Shown here: positions 12,491-26,755 of the stretch, in pieces
How the letters are laid out: every line of letters begins with the position of its first letter
Numbering within the stretch: position 1 is the stretch's first letter
Source of the DNA: Bugula neritina
Taxonomy: Eukaryota > Animalia > Bryozoa
Assembly: GCA_964035545.1 (NCBI GenBank)
Contig: OZ037770.1
Location: 1 to 64,000, forward strand
Direction of reading: 5' to 3'
DNA length: 64,000 bases
Notes under the pieces: generated by a model
What the model saw: only the letters and a program-made list of their open reading frames with translations
What the model was told of the DNA's origin: nothing
Databases searched by the model: none
Translations under genes and position numbers: made by a program

Positions 12491-15400
12491 GGTTATGGCT
12501 CTTTCAACAAATCATATTTCAACTTAATTGAGCATGATGACACTCTTCTACTTATTTGAGTAATGATTAATCTTCAAGATTAAATTTGATTTTTTTGTAT
12601 TTTTCCATTTCTTTTTTTTTTGCTTTTTCTACTGCTGTTGTAATAATTGAGCTGTATAAATTTGTAATTTTATGTTTATTTCATTGTTTTTCATCATATG
12701 CAACACCACATAATTATAGACTACTTTACTCTTACAGTAACTGGTGTGATGGTCACATGGTCAGCTACTAGACAACCAATTGGGTGTAAAGTTGGACAAA
12801 GTCATTCTAGATTATTCTTGGCATGTGTGAGCTGTAAGAGCTATATGGAGGTAATACTTATTAAGTATAACATGTCTCCTTGATGAAACTATTTATCTAT
12901 AGTATTGTTCACAAATTTTCATTTAATCACAATTCAACAAGTAAACAGTTTCAAACTTTTCATCAAGTTGTATTTTCAAAAATTACTAATTATATTTGAA
13001 CTCAAGTTAAACTGATATAGTATTTTACTTCTCTGTAAGTTGTTTCACAAGACTCATTACGTTACTAGATTTCCTACTTATATCATACATCTGTATCATA
13101 TGCATGAGTAGAGAATGTGGATGTTGGTTCGATCATTTAACCAGTTAGAAACTTTAGACATAATATATACTCCTATACAGTATTAACATAGTGTTGAGTG
13201 TTTTCTGAATGCTTGAAATCTACTTATTAATTTGTCAGTTTGGAGGAAAAAATTATACAGGTTATGTTTCTGTTGCCATAAATCAAGCTTCCTTTTTTCT
13301 ATTGTATTTTGAACAAGTTTATTTACTACTTTTTGTGTTACAGAATGGGCAGAGGAACAGCAACCTCTACTCTTTTTCTCTCTGTGTGTTATTCTTTTCA
13401 TCCCTGTAAGCCTCATCTCTATCTGCTCTTGGTATGTATTATTTTAAATCTTTGTTTTCTAGTGCTTTCTTCGCTCTCTGTTGTTATATCATAGCCTCTT
13501 CTTCTCTTACTATTATTTAACAATATTCAAGTTTGATGTATTTTCAACATCTGTTTAAATTATTGAGAACTACAAGTGTTTAGAAATATGAGATTGCTTT
13601 AAGTGAAAAATTCCCTAATCCTAAATATCATGCTATTTAAAATTATGGATTAATGTTATTTTATCAGGCAGTGACAGTATACACATATTATAGTAAACTT
13701 AATGCTATACAGATTGTCTAGTAATTCGTGACTGTGACCTGCCCCAACAAATTTCAAACAACTAGTTGAATGTTTACCTGCAACCAGTAGTCAAAGTTGG
13801 GAGTAAGCAAGAGTTGGGACTAAGCAAGTGCATGCACAGGCCTGTCCTTTTTCTTTAGGTCCCTAACCTCATGCTAATATCTAGTTGCATTCAATAACAG
13901 AAATTAGTGGTTTAACGGTGAATGGTTAGAAGGATGATGAAGCTCCATAAAAATTCCAAAAATCAAATTCCAAGTTGCAACACTCATTTTCATTATTCAC
14001 CTGAATAGCTTCTAGAGCAAGCAGTTTCTGTAGCTCACCTGTTCAATTTCTTTATGTCTCTTTGTGTCATTAATTTGTGATTCTTTTCTTTATGGTTAAT
14101 TTAGCTTATTTCTTCTTTATTTTGCCCTAAACATGATTGATAATGCTGCTTAAAGAGGACACATTTTTTAAAAGTATCTGATTGCTACATCTCTGTTTTC
14201 CCTTCATTAGATTCTGAAACTGGTCCAGCAACTGAAACTGCTTGCATGGTCATGGCACCAATAAGGTAATTCTCTATTCAATACTTTATTTATAATAGCT
14301 TTTTACTAACATTTTCTTTAGTGAACTGTAGATCTGTATTCATTCATAGGCTTAGAATTCAAATTGAATATTTTATTCAATTTATAAGCTGCCACTCATT
14401 TTTTGTCAATTTGATTCTGCAGTCATTTGAGTTAATACAACTGCAAGGCATATAATGAATTTCAATTTAGCTTAGCTTCCAATTAGCTTAATATCAACAC
14501 AACTTCTACCCTGTTCTTCTCTGGTCTGTTGAACTGAACTACAAAATAAACACTGAGAATAATAGTATAATTGAAATCAAATGTTTTAATTTTTTTCATT
14601 ACAGCCTTACCAGTATAATAAAGTTTAACTGTTGCCCAATGATTTAATTCGTTTGACTTTATTTCAGTTACATACTCATCATGGTCATAATCATGGATCG
14701 AAATTCAAAAGTTAAAGTGGAATATTCAGTTTAAGCTGCTTCAACTAAAACAAGTTGTGTTTCTGATTCAAAGAAGTTTCTCTCCTGGTTCTGTAGACTA
14801 TGCTGATTTTATCATAATAAAAATTTATCACCATGTAAATTTCCAATACTCTAGATTTTACAGTCTGTAAGTTGTCTCATACATGTCTTGTCATCATTTA
14901 TTCAACAATTTTAATTCATCAAATGTGTTTATTTTTTAGAATGTCTCCAAGCAGCTCAGATATTCACACATTAGAGAACACATTTAGTCTACACCAGGAA
15001 TATAGGACCTAGCCAACTGTGGTCAGTTCTGAGAGCCCCATCTTGGTTATAATTAGGTATTTATTATTTATGATAATTTTGTCTGTGTTTTCAATTTTAC
15101 CAATTTTACAGGATATTAGGAATTAATTATCTTGTACTTTCTGTATTCTTTTTTATAACTGATGTCCATAATTTATGTTTATCTATTTCATCTTTAATAG
15201 TGAAAAAGTAATGTTTTATTTATTATTTTAGTCTTGTTAACTCGACATCTTGTGACTAGTATCCCAGCTCTGCAAACATTTACTATTAGCAAATTAAAAT
15301 AAAATGTTTTATATATTAAGGTAGTTTATAATAATATTTATTGTCTGTTTTGTAGTTGTGTTTGACCACATGCAGATAGAAGTCACCTTGCTATCAAGAC

Positions 15401-18400
15401 CCGTTTTATATCCATGAGATGCTCACAAGCCAACACGTAGAAGTTGTCTTCTCTCTGTGTTTCATTCATCAAAACTTTTCATCTGTTCAGGTTTGCGTCT
15501 AAATTAATTGCTTACTGCAACAATATTTACTCTTCCTTTCATTAAGTTAAAGTTGTCTAACCTTCACTACCAACACTTGGAATTAGTAAAACTTCCAGTG
15601 CTAGGCAGTTAGGTAAACTCAGTTGACCTATATCTGCTCCTATTAGCTATGAAATCCACTGTTGATTAACACTATCGTAACACATGGCTGTTTTTCTGTT
15701 GTTTTATTTTGTTTTAAAAGTTGTAGCTGTTAATTTCATTCAAAAATTGCCAAATATGTTTCTAATAAAAGTTAGAACAGCCTATTGTAAAAGCTCTTGT
15801 CAGCCTCAGCCCTGAGATGATCGATATGAGAGTGGCAATTTTAGGGGGTTGTCCACCATTATGCTACTTATCAGTAGGAGGCATGCCTCATATTACTATA
15901 TGTTTACAGAGGGTAGTTGCGGATGATTTCACCCAGTTTTTTGCCTCTTGTTACATGTTTTCACTAAAGATTTATAATAAAAATTATAAATAAATTGTTC
16001 AATTGAACAAATTTTATTTGATTATCAACATAAACTTGATTTAATTACAGTTTCAATGATGGACACTTTTTATTCTGTGCATCTCACTGGCACTGAACAT
16101 GGTTGTAATTCATGAGCTTAATTTATAGTGTTTTATATGTATTAGCTCAATGAACAAGTTTAAGAACTTTTAAAAAATTTCCAAAAACAAAAACAAATAT
16201 TTAAAGCACTCAATTGAGGAAATGCAGCTGCAAGGCTTATATAATAAATCTCAATTTAGCTTGGCTTTAAATGGGCTTGATTTCAAGGTAACAATTCTAC
16301 CCTGTTCTCTTCTGGTTTGTTGAACTAAACCACAAAATCAATACTAAGAATAATAATGTTAGTATAATACTACAAATAGTGAGCTATACATTTTAGCACC
16401 CTAGCTGTTATACTGCTTTTAGTTTGATGTAAGGTTTTCTAGCTAATAGTTGATGCAGTGAGTCAGTGCTCATTTCTTTAGTTTGTTGAAAATTTATCCT
16501 TTGGGATAATTTCTTGTCTAAGCATAATATTGGTGCTGCTGTACCTACCACTAATTATATAATATGCCAAGCCATTTTTGCTTGTATCATATTTTTTTTT
16601 TTCAGTGTTTACAGTTTTTTTTCCATTTTTGTTCTATAAATTTTTCATTTTACAGTAGACCTGTCTTCAGCTTGATTTTATCTGCTTGCCTTAATTTATT
16701 GTTATCCACACTGAAGGGATGGTTAATTTATATATTAATATAATGCTGTTTTAATAATCACGGTATTTTGTTGTGATATATGATCATTAGACATAATTTT
16801 TGTGATTCTATATCAACCCCTCTGCAGGAGTATTAAACTTCACACAAATATTTACAGTAACATTTTACAATGACCTTTCTGTAACAGTGCGGCTGTTGCT
16901 TTGCTCACCACATGTACAAGCTTATGATTTTAATTCATTGATTTGCTACTCTGTACTGTATGGCTCATAATTGAAATCAACTTTTCTTTTCAAAATAGCC
17001 ATAACTGTGCAATAAATTTTAACTCCTACCCAATAATTCAATTTGTTTGACTTTATTTCAGTTACATACTCATATTATAGTCATAATCATTCCTCGAAAT
17101 TGAAAAGTGGAATATTCAGTTTAAGCTGCTGTAACTATAAAAGCAAGTTATGTTCCTGATTCAAAGAAGTTTCTTTCCTGGTTCTGCAGACTAAGTTGAT
17201 TTTATCATGATACAAATTTCCCATTCTCTAGATTTCACAGTCTATAATTTGTCTCATACATGTCTGTCATCATTTATTCAACAATTTTAATTCATCGAAT
17301 GTGTTTTGTTTTTTAGAATGTCTCCAAGCAGCTCAGATATTCACACATTAGAGAACATATGGTCTACACCAGGAAGATAGGACCTAGCCAACTGTGGTCA
17401 GTTCTGCTCTTTCCTTGTGTTATGTGCTATTAGGTTTTAGCATTCATAAAGCTACCACCAGGGGATAGCTACTCTTATAAATGATGTTAGATTCAGCTTT
17501 TTCTACCTTCCCTTGGACAAAGTATGATTTAGGATAAGCATAACAAGCGTTACTACTCAAACACTGAAGCATGTGCTTTTGATAAAAGTTGCAATATAAT
17601 TGTGTAAGGTGTAGAATATATAACTTTGGGAAGTTGTGCACATAGAACTGTACTATAAAGTGATGATTAAAATGAAACTGTACTGTTCGGCACATAAAAT
17701 ACTGATACTATATGTCCTGTTAGCTATGAAGTCCACTGTTGATTAATTCTACCGTAACACTTGGCTGTTTTTCTGTCGTTATATTTAGCTTTAAAAGTTT
17801 TAGCTGTTTATTTCATTCAAGAATTGCCATATGTGTTTCTAATGAAAGTTAAAACAGCCTATTGTAATAGCTCTTGCCAACCTTACCCTAGCTCCATACA
17901 AAACTTGACTGGAGAGATGAAAAATCAGCACATGATTGGAATTTTATTTTAGGATTTTACTTTCATGTTAATACAATCATTGCATTCATTGAAAACCATC
18001 AATAAGTAATTCATTTGATTTTGGAGCTTGTAAATACTACCAAACCTCATTCCATCTAAATGAGCACTCTTCAACCATATTTGTTGTTCTGTCAATTTAT
18101 TGCTGAATGTGTGAAAACCTCGTATTAAAAAATATAAGTTTACATAGTGCTATGCTTGCTTGTGGTAAGAAAACGAAGTCAGGCTTTCATTTTAGAATTT
18201 TGGTTATGGCTCTTTCAACAAATCATTTTAAATTAATTAAGTGTGACACTCTTCTGTACACCTATACATCAATAAAAAATGTGAATTCCCCCCCCCACCC
18301 CTGTTGTTCTCCATTTTTACTTTTGTTGCTTTATTCAATAATGTTTTATAAAATAAGTTATATTTAGTATTTTATTTCATTGTTTTTCATGATATGCAAC

Positions 18401-19017
18401 ACCACATAATTATAGACTGCTTTCTTCTTGCAGTAACTGGTGTGATGGTCACATGGTCATCTACTAGACAACCAACCAATTGGGTGTAAAGTTGGACAAA
18501 GTCATTCTAGATTATTCTTCACATGGGTCAGCTGGATGAGCTATATGGAGGTAATTCCTGTTGTTTTTAATATATAGAGATATTTATTGTAGCAGTTTAA
18601 AAGAAAGTAGCGATGTAAAAGCCTTTACATCATAAGTTGTAAGCGTAGTTGCAAGACGCAAGCTTAAAGATAGATGAAAATACTAGGTTGTTGTACCAGT
18701 CCAAAAATTCAGCTATTGTTTAGTAGCCGTAATGAGTGTCAGGAAATTGTAATATAGCTTGCATATAGCTGTAATAATACATGAAAAGCTATAATGCATT
18801 AGGGAAAAGCTTTCCCAACTTATGTAAAGTCCCAACAATTCCTATTAAGTATAACATGAATCCTTGATTAAACTACTTCTAGAATTATTCGGAAATTTTT
18901 AATTACAATTTTACCAGTAAACAGTTTCAAACTTTTCATCGAGTTATATTTTCAAGAATTACAAATAAAATTTGACTAAAGTTGAACTGATATATTATTT
19001 TGCTTCTCTATAAGTTG
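12491..19017 (+). repeat. Shuffled direct segmental duplications in the subtelomere
   Basis: 12491-13042 ~ 18202-19017; 14566-15030 ~ 16966-17406; 14440-14565 ~ 16227-16356; 15628-15810 ~ 17709-17885. Visibly alignable but diverged. Confidence 0.9.
18559..18837 (-). mobile_element. Solo LTR, 279 bp (Copia- or BEL/Pao-type termini)
   Basis: TGTTG...CAACA termini; 5-bp TSD ATTCC at 18554-18558 and 18838-18842; AATAAA near the 3' end of the minus strand; absent from the paralogous site at ~12851-12866. Confidence 0.85.
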
Positions 19018-20798
19018 GTATGGCCTGGATGTTTTATGCGGTTTATCTTAACCTGATTATACATACCCTCGGTGGTTGATGTCTACTTTTATACCCTAAT
19101 TATATTATTTTACCCCAATCAGCTGAATATTCCAATTTTAAATTACTAGGGAATGGGTTTTACCAGTAGCAGCCAAATTCTGCCAAAGTCTCACATTTAA
19201 ACTATATGCCTCTGGTACTATGCATTATATACAATGTTCTTATTCTCTATAGTCTCTAAAACTGGTTATTGATGCTTCAACTAAATTTTGTTGTTTTTAA
19301 AGTCACTTTTATTGTGGATGTTTGTCTTGATAGTTGTTAGTGTGCCATGCAGGATTTAGAGCTGTAAATACTGCTTCACTTTTCATATAATGTATATTGT
19401 TGTATCCTATATTGTCATGATGCCAGTTATAAAATTTTTCACAGTCTGTCAAAAGGGGGAAATTAATAGTAAATATTCATGAAAGGGGGAATATTAGGGA
19501 GTGGTTGGTAACTCCTGTGTTATATATTTCTACTGCACTATAAGGGAGAAAATATGTTGTCCACATTATCTATTCTGCATAACCTGTTCGCTGTTGACAT
19601 TTGGGCATACATGCTTTTACAGGTACACTGTAAGGCATACAAATTGTTTGGGTATTACATGAGCATGGAAAGCTTTTGTTGAATCATTACAACTTTAATT
19701 GTATTAACATAGCTATGTTAGCTACATTAGGCTATGTTAGCTACAGTATGTTTTCCTCTGTTGTGTTATTTGCTTGTGTGCAGCTATTTTGGCTATTTCA
19801 GAAAAAAGCTATTTTCTAGACTAATATAAACCCTGCACTTTCAGCTCTCTCTTCATTCAGTCTTTGGAAACCCACATCTCTCTTCAAGCAACATTTAGAA
19901 ATGCTCATCTTTCATCTAAAGGATTTACAGCACCAAAAGGTTACAGTACTGGCACGACTATATGTGGGATAATATATAAGGTAAGTTTCATTTTTCATTT
20001 GTTGATGCACATAATTTATTTGTTGAAAAATAGTTAATAAATTCAGTTTGAGACAAAGTTGTTTGTGGATTAGGTGTTATTGTTATTAATGTTCAACAAT
20101 TGTTATGGCCATAATAAAAATAGGAAATGTTAGTTGCAAAGTATTGAGTTTACACAAACTTATATCTCTAAACTGTGTTTTAGGATGGAGTTATCCTGGG
20201 CATGGATACCAGGGCTACAGAAGATACTGTTGATAAGCTGGCATGCTGTCTTTAGTCTCTACTTCTTCCAGTGGACCCTACAGGCCCCAAACCCTCCACC
20301 ATATGCCCTCATGGATCCTCTGACGTCGCACAATGCAGCACCGTGGGTTCCTGCTCCCTAATTGCTATGGCTGTCTTTGAGAACTGATAGAAACTGGTAG
20401 GTACCCGAAATTTGATATGTAGCATGTAGAAATCATTCTAGTAACTTTGTTTTGCTGTTCACTTCTCTTTATAATAATTATATTCTTGTTGTCCTGTTTG
20501 CTTTCCTCTTATAGCAGTTACCTTTTCTCTTTCCGAACATAGTTTTTGTTCTCCAGTTTGCTTTCCTCTCTAGTCTTGAAACTTTTGTAGTTTGAGCCAG
20601 TGAAAAAGCCATTGGAATATTTAATGACCTGGGCCCGGGTTCCCACATTGACCTCTGCGTTACACAAAAATTACATCAGATAAAACAAACTGAATACAGG
20701 AGAGGTTAGTGCAGTGTTTACCATTCTGTTCCCCTTTCTTAATGCACTTCTCTGTTCACTTTACATGTCAATTTTTTTCTTTTCCTTTTATATATGAT

Positions 20799-21696
20799 GA
20801 CTAAGACTAAGACTAAGACTAAGACTAAGACTAAGACTAAGACTAAGACTAAGACTAAGACTAAGACTAAGACTAAGACTAAGACTAAGACTAAGACTAA
20901 GACTAAGACTAAGACTAAGACTAAGACTAAGACTAAGACTAAGACTAAGACTAAGACTAAGACTAAGACTAAGACTAAGACTAAGACTAAGACTAAGACT
21001 AAGACTAAGACTAAGACTAAGACTAAGACTAAGACTAAGACTAAGACTAAGACTAAGACTAAGACTAAGACTAAGACTAAGACTAAGACTAAGACTAAGA
21101 CTAAGACTAAGACTAAGACTAAGACTAAGACTAAGACTAAGACTAAGACTAAGACTAAGACTAAGACTAAGACTAAGACTAAGACTAAGACTAAGACTAA
21201 GACTAAGACTAAGACTAAGACTAAGACTAAGACTAAGACTAAGACTAAGACTAAGACTAAGACTAAGACTAAGACTAAGACTAAGACTAAGACTAAGACT
21301 AAGACTAAGACTAAGACTAAGACTAAGACTAAGACTAAGACTAAGACTAAGACTAAGACTAAGACTAAGACTAAGACTAAGACTAAGACTAAGACTAAGA
21401 CTAAGACTAAGACTAAGACTAAGACTAAGACTAAGACTAAGACTAAGACTAAGACTAAGACTAAGACTAAGACTAAGACTAAGACTAAGACTAAGACTAA
21501 GACTAAGACTAAGACTAAGACTAAGACTAAGACTAAGACTAAGACTAAGACTAAGACTAAGACTAAGACTAAGACTAAGACTAAGACTAAGACTAAGACT
21601 AAGACTAAGACTAAGACTAAGACTAAGACTAAGACTAAGACTAAGACTAAGACTAAGACTAAGACTAAGACTAAGACTAAGACTAAGACTAAGACT
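20799..21696. repeat. Perfect hexanucleotide tract (GACTAA)n / (TTAGTC)n, ~150 copies
   Basis: 898 bp with no visible interruption. Confidence 0.98.
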
Positions 21697-22433
21697 TTCT
21701 ACAAATTGATTTTTTTTTTTTGCAGACAAGAAGTCTTACAAAAAGAACCAGATCATGAACAACGCTGCTTTGCACCGTAGAATTTATTGTTGCATTTGTG
21801 TTCTAATCAAATAAAATACATGTAAAAACAAAAAAATTCTTGTAATAAAGCACTAGATGCAAAATAAAATGTTCATGATGCATGTTTGTAGTAATAAAAT
21901 TCTGCAAGCCTAATACATTAGATAAATTGAAGGAGTTTATCAAAAAATCCGGTGTAATCAGTATATCAGCATTATAGTATAAAAATATTACTGTTGCAAT
22001 GGTACATAACAATGTAAAAGAAGACTTGTGACATAAGGCATAAGGCACCTGTGAACACATGTCAGACTTGGCAGTCATGGTACATGGCACCTGCTTTATC
22101 ACCTTGCAGCATGGCTCAACGGCTCAATACATTTGTGCTTCGCTCCAGCAAATCTGATTGGCTGACAAATGCTGAGTTGACACTGGCAGTGATGTCGCAA
22201 TCTGTGTGCAGCAGGCAGGGAATCATGAGGAATAGATTGATACTGGGGAGAGTTTCTACAAACAGAATAATATATATAAAGTTGGGACAAGTACATACAA
22301 AACCAGCATTACTAACTTTAAATACTTGATAAAGTTAGTTGCCAAGCCTTTGAACTAATAGCAAAACCTCAGCATATATAATACAGAAGGTTATCTGGAC
22401 TTTCTGAAAGTCAAACTGAAACTTCTCAGTTAG

Positions 22434-22518
22434 CATAGTCATAGTATGTAGACATAGTCATAGTATGTAGACATAGTCATAGTATGTAGACATAGTCATA
22501 GTATGTAGACATAGTCAC
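22434..22518. repeat. 19-bp minisatellite CATAGTCATAGTATGTAGA, ~4.5 copies
   Basis: Direct inspection. Confidence 0.9.
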
Positions 22519-23242
22519 ATGTGTATAAATTAGCAATCATTTACAGTAACTGTGGAATAATGTTACCTTCTAGCCTTTCAACCTCTGCTCTGTTCAAGTC
22601 CTCTGGTAGCAGCAACCATGACAGTCTCAGAGTTTTCTCCACCGCTGGTTCACTATCTTATGTTTGAGACGTCAGTGATGGGTGGGTCTGACTGCAACAG
22701 TAGTATAAAATCATTCATTCCACATTCTCAAAACTTATGACCAATTGTGGTGCATAAGTAGAGTCTGGTGCCCATTTACCACTGAACTACTAGGCCAGAG
22801 TGGTTGGATTTTACCATTATCATCATTATTTCTAACTGACCAACCTTTACTAAACTGTGAAACCTATTCAACAATGTATTCTATATAATACATGACGAAC
22901 TTACAGGAATACGAAACATAAATAGGGGTACAATAAATATTATTCAGTGAAGCTACAACACTATAAGTTACCAAAAGAAGGAAATTTGAATATACAGTGA
23001 TATAATGCAATACAAAATAGCTACCTTGTGGGTCCATGCCTAGTAGAACGCTGATAACTAATTGTCATTTGCCTGCTATAAATAGCTTAAAATACAGGCT
23101 ATTCTCTAATGGCCTAATAGTTAACTATTGTAGCCTGCTATATAGCCGAGTCATTAGCTTTGCAATTGAATTAGTAATAACTACTAGTGATGAAATGGCC
23201 TAGTCTAGTTCAAGAAAAAATTTTATAAGTAGGTGTAGCATT

Positions 23243-23607
23243 GTCTCACCACACCTAGTAGCATTTATAGGACCAGTACCGTCTCACCACACCTAGTAGC
23301 ATTTATAGGACCAGTACCGTCTCACCACACCTAGTAGCATTTATAGGACCAGTACCGTCTCACCACACCTAGTAGCATTTATAGGACCAGTACCGTCTCA
23401 CCACACCTAGTAGCATTTATAGGACCAGTACCGTCTCACCACACCTAGTAGCATTTATAGGACCAGTACCGTCTCACCACACCTAGTAGCATTTATAGGA
23501 CCAGTACCGTCTCACCACACCTAGTAGCATTTATAGGACCAGTACCGTCTCACCACACCTAGTAGCATTTATAGGACCAGTACCGTCTCACCACACCTAG
23601 TAGCATA
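23243..23607. repeat. 38-bp minisatellite GTCTCACCACACCTAGTAGCATTTATAGGACCAGTACC, ~9.6 copies
   Basis: Identical head-to-tail units with no spacers. Confidence 0.95.
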
Positions 23608-26600
23608 TATATTAGTAGTATTATCTCACCACTGCCAGCACGCGTGAAGGGGCAGAGATGACAGCTGTAGTTCTCACTGGTCTGTTCCCTCTGTCTATGT
23701 AGCTATGTAGCTATGTAGCTATGTAGCCCTGGTATCCATGACCCAGGATAACGCCATCCTAGAACAGTTCAGAGATATAATTTGTGTAAACTCAATACTT
23801 TGCAACTAACATTTCCTATTTTTATGAAATGAAACTTACCTTATATAATATTATCCCACATATAGTTGTGCCAGTACTGTAACCTTTTGGTGCTGTAAAA
23901 CCTTTAGATGAAAGATGAGCATTTCTTAAAACAACCAACTCTCAAGATAATTCCTGTTGCTTGAAGAGAGATGTACGTTTCCAAAGACTGAATGAAGAGA
24001 GAGCTGAAAGTGCAGGGTTTATATCAGTCTAGAAAATAGCTTTTGTCTGAAATAGCCAAAATAGCTGCACACAAGCAAATAACACAACAGAGGAAAACAG
24101 ACTGTAGCTAACATAGCATAATGTAGCTAACATAGCTATGTTAATAAAATTAAAGCTTTAATGATTCAACAAAAGCTTTCCATACTCATGTAATGTCCAA
24201 ACAATTTCCACGCCTTACAGTGTACCTGTAAAAGCAGGTATGCCCAAATGTCAACAGCGAACAGGTTATGCAGAATAGATAATGTGGACAACATATTTTC
24301 TCCCTTATAGTGCAGTAGAAATATATAACACAGGAGTTACCAAACTTTCCCTAATATTCCTCCCTTTCATGAATATCAACTATTAATTCTCCCCTTTCAA
24401 CAAGTGAAAAATTTTCATTACTGACATCATGATAATAGAGAATGTGTCATCCCAGTTAGATACTATCTATTTATTTTCGTGCAATATATATTTTATATGC
24501 AATTTATTTGAATATTTTTGAAATATGTTTATATTTAAATAAGCTTGGTTTAATTGTTATCTAGCACATAAATATATTCCTTTGATCTGCATTAACTTAT
24601 TAATTTTGCATATTCTATATTTCTTGTTGTTTGAAAAAAATATTCCGGTAATAAATATTCATTAAAATTAATGTCTATTATTGATGTATTACTGTTTTTT
24701 GCCTCACACAAATTTATGAAAAGTGAGCTATTATTCCAGATGCTTTATATTAGCTATTTAGCAATCAATACCCCAGTTATATACATTATTATGGTACCAA
24801 TAAAAATAGTTTCTAACTGGGTTAAAACCATAGAGGATACAGAGATATATATTCCGTGAAACAGTATTTAAAGCTTTAAAACCTGCATGGCACACCAACA
24901 ATTATGTCTAGAAATCAAGATAAACACCAACTGCTAAAACCTTATGGATATCAATTTTAAATAGCAGGAATTTGGGATAAGGTAACTTTAGAATATAAAG
25001 ATTTAAAATAAAACATACCATGAACAGATAAAGATGAGGCTTACAGGGATGGGAAGAATAACACAGAGAGAAAAAGAGTACAGGTTGCTGTTCCTCTGCC
25101 CATTCTGTAACACAAAAAATAGTAAATAAACTTGTTCAAAATACACTAGGAAAAAAAGAAGCATAATAGAAACATCACCTGTAGAATTTTTTCTATCAAA
25201 TTGACAAATTTACTAGCAAATTCCAAGCATTCAAAAAACACTCAACACCATGTTAGCTCTGTAGAAGTATATATTATATATAAAGTTTCTAACTGGTTAA
25301 ATGATTGAACCAACATCAAAATTTTCTACTCATATATAATACAGATGTGTGATATAAATAGGAAATCTAGTAATGTAATGAGTCTTGTGAAACAGTACAA
25401 ATTTACAGCTCTAAAACCTACGTAGCAAACCAGCAATTCAAAGAATCAAGACAGAAATTCACAATAAAAGTAGCTTTAAAACAATAAAATTTAGTTGAAG
25501 CATAAAACACCAGTTTTAGAGAATATAGAAAATAAGTATATTGTATAATGCATATACTACGAGAGACTTTGACAAAATTCCGCTGTACGTGCCACAGTTA
25601 ACCCTAATTTGCTAATAATTCAAAAATGCAACATCCAGCTGCATGACTGAAACTGAAAACTTGGACATGCAAAAGTAATAACCGGCTAACCTCACACTGC
25701 AAATAGAGAAGTATGCAGTTCATCTCAGTCTGAAAATAGTTCAGGTCAAGCAAAGATCAAACAACTCCAACTAATACCAAACCATCCAGAAGGAATATTA
25801 TGAGGCAGCCATTAGTAACCTGTAAGTGAAACAAACCAACACTGGGTTTGAGCCAGGAAGGTTTCAGACGCATCAAAAGCAAATGAAGCTGCAAAGATAT
25901 ATAAATGATATCTTTATACGAAGCTAGGGTGAGGCAGAGGTGATCTATATGAGAGTGGCAACTTTAGGGAATCATGGGGACATCATTATGCTCTATTGCG
26001 TGCCTGGAGTTAATATAATTTAAAAAAGGGAAAATTTTGCCACTTCTGTTATTTTATTATTATTTTTATTTTATTTGTACACTTTTTAGTTTTATTTGTT
26101 GGTATAGTTTTGAAACACATTCTTTATGCATATAAAATTAAAAACAATTTTAAAACTCACTCCTGCACGTAAATACAAAGCTATAAAGTTTAAGCTTCGA
26201 TATGATTACAGTGTCAATATGAATAGAATAATGCTTGCAATAACCATTTTACACAAAATACATTATAATTGCTATAAATGTACAAGACTAGTGAATTGGA
26301 TACAAATAGGCACGGTAATACTATACTTAATTTATGCTATTTTTAAATTTTTTAGTAAACAATTGGCATGCTCACAGTGGTTTTGGCCTACTCACTATGA
26401 AAACATGAGAAAATAGTAGTAATAAAGAAATCGAAAAAAAAGTTGTGTTCAAGATTAGAATTGCAACAACAATCTTCATTTTCATTTTTAGAATCAACTT
26501 GTTATAGCATTTGTATTAATTAACTATTACCATTTAGTTTAATTTTAAATTTAACATCAACTAAACTCCAGTGTATTATTTGGAAAATTGAACTATTAGA

Positions 26601-26755
26601 TGCATTACTCAGAAATTAACCAAAAAGACTGGTAATGTGATTACTGTAAAAATGAATTTAATAATTACTAGAAAATTAGACATGGTAACTGCACAATTTA
26701 TTAAATTACTTTATAAGCCAACTATTACCAATAGTTATGCATGTGTAGCCTAATA

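Larger units (their letters stand above)
10440..21830 (+). ncRNA. Putative multi-exon non-coding transcript or decayed gene in the subtelomere
   Basis: AG/GT-bounded cassettes at 12738-12850, 13344-13405, 14211-14265, 14940-15021, 19845-19980 and 20184-20396; terminal exon from 21726 (poly-T GCAG|) with AATAAA at 21810. No recognisable protein; the paralogous cassette near 18470 has a 4-bp insertion. Confidence 0.3.
19410..24440. repeat. Long inverted duplication; arms 19410-20219 and 23722-24440
   Basis: e.g. GGATGGAGTTATCCTGGGCATGGATACCAGGGCTACA (20183-20219) is matched in reverse complement at 23722-23759. Further inverted blocks: 13041-13450/24996-25394, 19170-19372/25400-25585, 16125-16220/30122-30210. 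Confidence 0.9.

Noticed and set aside
20285-20294. CCCCAAACCC (and CAAACCCCA at ~11876) as a possible telomerase RNA template in the putative lncRNA
   Set aside because: 9-10-nt matches are expected by chance in tens of kb; no pseudoknot or H/ACA structure could be supported by eye.
20788-21780. Poly-TK and poly-SL ORFs
   Set aside because: Translations of the (GACTAA)n tract.
23243-23607. 38-bp repeats of CRISPR-like length
   Set aside because: Head-to-tail with no spacers, in eukaryotic DNA, with no cas genes.
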